Assembly: GCA_943356485.1 (NCBI GenBank) | Contig: CALRFD010000003.1 | Location: 101,815 to 163,457 of the forward strand | DNA length: 61,643 bases | Direction: 5' to 3' | Source of the DNA: Patescibacteria group bacterium | Lineage (GTDB): Bacteria; Patescibacteriota; Microgenomatia; Daviesbacterales; UBA10151 | Shown: one piece after another, positions 57,658 through 61,643 of the stretch | Layout of the letters: the number at the start of each line of letters is the position of its first letter | Position numbering within the stretch: the first letter of the stretch is position 1 | The notes under the pieces: model-generated | What the model was told of the DNA's origin: nothing | Database searches by the model: none | The model's input: the letters and a program-made list of their open reading frames with translations, nothing else | Program-made: the position numbers and the translations under genes

Positions 57658-58281
57658 ATGAATAAAAATATTACATTTTTTGTAATCTTATTTCTCACCT
57701 TTATTGGACTGGCTAATATAGCGACGATCAAGGTAAAGGCTTCTAATGTACCAAATAGCCTACAAACTAATTCCGCTCAGGAAGTAGTTTCTAAAAAACT
57801 CGATAAAGAAGCTCTTATATTGCAAAAATATTTAGCTCAATTTGATTCACCTATGCAGGATCAGGCACAGGATTTTATTGATGCAGCTAAAACATACGAC
57901 TTAGACTGGAAGATGCTTCCGGCAATAGCAGGAGTTGAATCTACTTTTGGTAAACAGATTCCCGGAGGATTCAACGCTTACGGTTGGGGGGTGTACGGCG
58001 ATCAGGCTTTATACTTTAAATCCTGGACTGATGGAATTTTTACTGTTGCAAAAGGTTTAAGGGAAGGTTATTTAAATAAAGGATATACTGATCCTTACAC
58101 TATAAACAGAATCTATGCCGCTTCACCTAGCTGGGGCAGCAGAGTCACCTATTTTATGCAGGATTTAGAGAAATTTGCTAAAAACTTTAACTCATCTTTA
58201 ATAAGTAATAATAAAATAGAAAATACCCCAAGTATTGCTGCAGTTTCAGGACAACTGGTTTCCGAGAAAAGTAGTGACTAA
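57658..58281 (+). CDS. secreted glucosaminidase-domain (peptidoglycan hydrolase-like) protein
   Basis: Signal peptide; DWKMLPAIAGVESTFGK...NAYGWG. Confidence 0.55.
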   Translation: MNKNITFFVILFLTFIGLANIATIKVKASNVPNSLQTNSAQEVVSKKLDKEALILQKYLAQFDSPMQDQAQDFIDAAKTYDLDWKMLPAIAGVESTFGKQIPGGFNAYGWGVYGDQALYFKSWTDGIFTVAKGLREGYLNKGYTDPYTINRIYAASPSWGSRVTYFMQDLEKFAKNFNSSLISNNKIENTPSIAAVSGQLVSEKSSD

Positions 58282-58309
58282 TAACAACCGATATAGTTAT
58301 AATGCAGGA

Positions 58310-59578
58310 ATGAGAACTACCCTTGCCATAATTTTAGGTAAATTAATCGCTTACTCCTCAAAGCTCTTAAATATAGGTGGCGGCTCGACAGCTCCGGGAC
58401 TATATTCTCTAAAAATTGATCCTAAATTAATAGAAAAATTATCAGCAAAAATTCCTACTAATATTGTAATCACAGGCACAAATGGAAAAACAACTACCTC
58501 CAGGCTCATCTCTCATTTTGCAGCTTCACAAGGCTTAAAAGTAATACGTAACCACACCGGCTCCAATTTAGAACGCGGCATAGCCTCCACGCTTATTCAG
58601 GTCGCACCTCAACAAAGGTTCGACCTTGGTATCTGGGAGTTGGATGAAGCTGCATTTAATCTGGTTGTACCTAAGCTAAACCCTAACTTAATTGTTTTCT
58701 TAAACGTGTTTAGGGATCAACTAGATAGATATGGCGAGATTGACAGTATTGTTAATAACTGGGGGCAAACCATACAAACAATTAGTAAAAATACAAAAAT
58801 CCTGATTAATGGTGACGATCAAAATCTAGCAGTTCTTAAAAAAGGTTTCAAAGGCAAAGTGCAACAATTCGGGGTAAAAGACTACAAGATAGTAGGCGAA
58901 GGATTATCCCACAAAAGAGAAAAAGAAAACCTTGATTTCGAAGTAAAAAATGTTCAACCAAAAGGACTGAACGGCTCTATCTTCCAATTAACTATTAACA
59001 ATGAACTATTAACTATTAACCTTCCTCTTCCTGGCATTTATCATATTTATGATTTTTTGGCTGCTTTTTCTGCAGGTATACTGTTAAAGATAGATCCTAA
59101 GCAGATGATCTTAAGTCTTAAAAATTTCAGCCCAGCCTTCGGCAGGGTAGAGAAATTGGATTTTGGATATATCTTTCTGATAAAAAATCCGGCTGGGGCA
59201 ACTCAGGTCTTTGAAACTATTGCACCACTATTAAAACCCGAGGATCGATTACTTTTCGCTTTAAATGATAATTTAGCAGACGGAACAGATGTTTCCTGGA
59301 TCTGGGATGCGGATTTTGAGCAACTGAAAATTGAAAATTTAAAATTGAAAATTGTAGCGAGTGGAACACGAGCGAATGATTTGGCTCTTAGGCTAAAATA
59401 TTCTGGCTTTGATCCTAAGAATATAATAATTGAAGAGGATATGAAAAATGCCCTCAAACAGGCTAGAAAGGGTCTTAAAGGCACCCTTTTCATCCTTCCT
59501 ACATATACGGCTATGCTAAAGCTGCAAGGTATACTTACAAAGTCCGGTATTAAGAAACACTATTGGGAGGAATCATGA
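58310..59578 (+). CDS. murT: lipid II isoglutaminyl synthase subunit MurT (Mur-ligase family)
   Basis: ITGTNGKTTTS, NVFRDQLDRYGE, C-terminal DUF1727-like region. Start moved to MRTTLAI. Confidence 0.8.
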   Translation: MRTTLAIILGKLIAYSSKLLNIGGGSTAPGLYSLKIDPKLIEKLSAKIPTNIVITGTNGKTTTSRLISHFAASQGLKVIRNHTGSNLERGIASTLIQVAPQQRFDLGIWELDEAAFNLVVPKLNPNLIVFLNVFRDQLDRYGEIDSIVNNWGQTIQTISKNTKILINGDDQNLAVLKKGFKGKVQQFGVKDYKIVGEGLSHKREKENLDFEVKNVQPKGLNGSIFQLTINNELLTINLPLPGIYHIYDFLAAFSAGILLKIDPKQMILSLKNFSPAFGRVEKLDFGYIFLIKNPAGATQVFETIAPLLKPEDRLLFALNDNLADGTDVSWIWDADFEQLKIENLKLKIVASGTRANDLALRLKYSGFDPKNIIIEEDMKNALKQARKGLKGTLFILPTYTAMLKLQGILTKSGIKKHYWEES

Positions 59579-60297
59579 AGCTAACTATTGGTTATTTATA
59601 TGGTGATTTAATGAATATCTATGGTGATATTGGTAATATAATTGCTTTAAAAAAACGTCTTGAATGGAGAGGAATTGAGGTAGAAGTAAGAGTCAAGAGT
59701 CAAGAGTCAAGAGTCAATAAAGGTGAAATAGACTTATATTTTTTCGGAGGGGGACAGGATCAACAACAAACTCTAGTTGCAAGTGACTTAGAGTCAAGCG
59801 GGAAGGGGAGGATAATAAAAGAAGAGGTTGAAAGGGGAGTGCCGTTGCTTTCGATTTGTGGGGGATACCAGCTATTGGGTGAATATTATAAACCGCATAA
59901 TAGCCAAAAACTCCCCGGCGTAGGAATATTTCCAGTCTATACAGAAGCCAGTCATGACAGGATGATTGGTAATATAGTAATCGATTCTATGTTTAATACT
60001 TTAGTGGGGTTTGAAAATCATTCAGGCAAGACTTACTTAAAAAAGGGAGCAATTCCTTTGGGAATGGTTAAAACCGGCTTTGGAAACAATGGAAGCGATA
60101 AATCAGAGGGTTGCATTTATAAAAATGCCATCGGATGTTATATGCACGGCTCGCTTTTACCTAAAAATCCAAAGTTAGCCGACTGGCTGCTTGAAAAAGC
60201 ATTAAAGGTTAAATACGGCAAAGAGGTGAAGCTAGCAGTATTAGATGATGAACTGGAAAATAAAGCACAGCAAATAGCTGTTTCAAGATTTGGTTAA
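59575..60297 (+). CDS. gatD: lipid II isoglutaminyl synthase glutaminase subunit GatD (CobQ-type GATase)
   Basis: YGDLMNIYGDIGNI, ICGGYQLLG, GFENHSG, YMHGSLLPKNP; ATGA overlap with murT. Confidence 0.8.
   Translation: MKLTIGYLYGDLMNIYGDIGNIIALKKRLEWRGIEVEVRVKSQESRVNKGEIDLYFFGGGQDQQQTLVASDLESSGKGRIIKEEVERGVPLLSICGGYQLLGEYYKPHNSQKLPGVGIFPVYTEASHDRMIGNIVIDSMFNTLVGFENHSGKTYLKKGAIPLGMVKTGFGNNGSDKSEGCIYKNAIGCYMHGSLLPKNPKLADWLLEKALKVKYGKEVKLAVLDDELENKAQQIAVSRFG
59688..59715 (+). repeat. perfect heptanucleotide tandem repeat (AAGAGTC)x4 inside gatD
   Basis: Read directly: AAGAGTCAAGAGTCAAGAGTCAAGAGTC, coding VKSQESRV. Confidence 0.85.
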
Positions 60298-60320
60298 AAG
60301 CTGTAAAATACCAAAAAGAT

Positions 60321-60401
60321 GCGGATGTGGTGAAATGGTATACACGTAGCGTTTAGGGCGCTATGTCGCAAGACGTGGAGGTTCGAGTCCTCTCATCCGC
60401 A
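60321..60401 (+). tRNA. tRNA-Leu (UAG)
   Basis: Hand fold: GCGGATG/CATCCGC, anticodon loop TTTAGGG, long variable arm, T-loop TTCGAGT. Confidence 0.9.
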
Positions 60402-60568
60402 CTAGAGAGTCTATTTGGTATTTTTGTAACTTTTTGATTCATTTTAGCCTCAATTTTGATGTTCAATAGCTTCAGTTGTATTCTGATAGGATCGTGCGTA
60501 ATTTTTGACCATGAGGACAGGAGTTGAACCGTTTGCTTTTTCCAGATGAATTGTGCTACAAAATAACC

Positions 60569-60766
60569 ATGGACCAAGATTTAACAAATAACGAGATGAC
60601 GATTGAAGAAGCAAGAAAAATTCTCGGTAAAACTGCTGACGGAATGTCTGATGAGCAGCTTCAGAATCAACTAACCATGATGGAGTTTTTGACCGAATCC
60701 TGGCTTGATGATTATGAAAAATCAATTTTTGAAGGTAAGACATTACAAGAATTTGTTCAGTCCTAA
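60569..60766 (+). CDS. hypothetical small acidic protein
   Basis: ORF track 60524..60766; start taken at MDQDL. Confidence 0.3.
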   Translation: MDQDLTNNEMTIEEARKILGKTADGMSDEQLQNQLTMMEFLTESWLDDYEKSIFEGKTLQEFVQS

Positions 60767-60783
60767 TCATATATTTTCCTATT

Positions 60784-61548
60784 TCATGGAGTGAGACCCA
60801 TACCCTGAATCTTTGTTTCGAGTACCTTTATCTTGGCAAGAAAGTTCTGATTTGAAACCATTTCTTGAACATGTTTAAAGTATTTATCGATTTCTAAATA
60901 CCAATCACCTTCATGTTTATGGTGTACTGAAAAGGGAACATGACTTCTAGATAAAAGCCGATTACTTATTTCTACAAATAATCCAAATACTAAGTAAATA
61001 ATATAAATATCTTCAAAACCAATTTTAGCAGGCTGTACATTTAGTCCTAAATTTCTCGTTTTTCGAGTTCGTTCTATAACTAACCCACTACGTAGTCTTC
61101 TATTATCTCCATATCCTTTTAATAATTTTTGTCTATGATTCAGCATCTTCCAATCCTGATCATTAATAACTGTAACCTCATAAATGTGATTATGAACGAT
61201 AACATCTCTTACTAAAAAAACTTCATTTAACAAATCAGAAAATAGGATTTTGGGGAAACTTGCATCTTTTACTAGAAAGATTGTGGTTAAATCATTGGTT
61301 ACACTACTGCTAACTTGTTTCCTTTCTAGGTAATATATTCTATTTCTGTAGGCTTCAATTCCTAGTACGGTTAACACAATCCCTGCTGTGGCATTTGTAT
61401 TCTCTGTTACACTAACCTGGAAGTTTCTCTGTGAAAAGTCTTTTTTATTATAAACATCTAAACTCTGTTCTATTAATTCTGGTACTAAAGTATCTGCATA
61501 ATTAGTTCCTACAACAGTTACAAGCCTTTGACGATTAGTGTTACTCAT
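60784..61548 (-). CDS. hypothetical protein with a possible HEPN-type Rx4H motif
   Basis: FLVRDVIVHNHIYE (R-x4-H); nothing else recognised. Confidence 0.35.
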   Translation of the reverse strand: MSNTNRQRLVTVVGTNYADTLVPELIEQSLDVYNKKDFSQRNFQVSVTENTNATAGIVLTVLGIEAYRNRIYYLERKQVSSSVTNDLTTIFLVKDASFPKILFSDLLNEVFLVRDVIVHNHIYEVTVINDQDWKMLNHRQKLLKGYGDNRRLRSGLVIERTRKTRNLGLNVQPAKIGFEDIYIIYLVFGLFVEISNRLLSRSHVPFSVHHKHEGDWYLEIDKYFKHVQEMVSNQNFLAKIKVLETKIQGMGLTP

Positions 61549-61551
61549 TTT

Positions 61552-61643
61552 CTAAACTGTTACATTTTTTCTATAAAAATCTTCATCCACTTCATATCCA
61601 TCAGTTCCCTTTTTAAGATATTTATATTTATCCTCGACTGCCC
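61552..61643 (-). CDS. hypothetical protein, 3' end only (gene continues beyond the window)
   Basis: Open frame ...AVEDKYKYLKKGTDGYEVDEDFYRKNVTV*; stop is 3 nt before the next ATG. Confidence 0.3.
   Translation of the reverse strand, partial: AVEDKYKYLKKGTDGYEVDEDFYRKNVTV

Noticed and set aside
60510-60535. GGACAGGAGTTGAACC, resembling the T-arm region of the Leu tRNAs (minus-strand sense).
   Set aside because: Only about 12 nt match, with no acceptor or anticodon elements. It may be a tRNA relic but cannot be supported.
1-61643. Searched by eye for CRISPR arrays, cas genes, rRNA, reverse transcriptase/retron or DGR features, and prophage structural genes.
   Set aside because: No regularly spaced direct repeats, no cas-like, RT-like, capsid or terminase-like ORFs, and no rRNA-like sequence were found.

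Overview
AT-rich bacterial window. The gene content (MurT/GatD, a pilin-like gene, many small GIY-YIG genes, many orphan proteins) suggests a small-genome, possibly CPR/Patescibacteria-like organism; this is inference only. Housekeeping blocks: eno-gpmA, ruvCAB, glmS, murT-gatD, a yvcK-like gene, a complete hisGDC(+phosphatase)BHAFIE operon, and 8 tRNA genes. An accessory, recombination-scarred region runs from about 19 to 49 kb. It contains: an IS481-like insertion with a 13-bp target duplication that splits a gene; a GIY-YIG pseudogene; a PLD-nuclease cassette; an extracytoplasmic MsrAB/CcdA/thioredoxin module; and XRE regulators next to a 4-gene HEPN plus predicted-nuclease operon. It also holds a replication-relaxation-like gene and two large serine recombinases whose 3' ends run into long perfect inverted repeats (97 bp and 84 bp). 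These repeats form a chimeric junction and abut the 3' end of tRNA-Gln. Next to the first recombinase is a 0.9-kb GC-rich non-coding tract with a dense ACCGT/ACGGT iteron-like cluster, followed by a PD-(D/E)xK + HNH gene pair. The his operon appears to be preceded by a His-specific T-box leader, with a tRNA-His gene sitting between the T-box terminator and hisG. Small repeat families are a 123-bp MITE (2 identical copies), a UUCG-type REP-like hairpin (4 copies) and GTCCCG..CGGGAC hairpins (3 copies). Two GIY-YIG genes sit beside duplicated 5' halves of tRNA genes. No CRISPR array, rRNA or cas genes were seen. All family assignments come from motif recognition by eye, not database searches.
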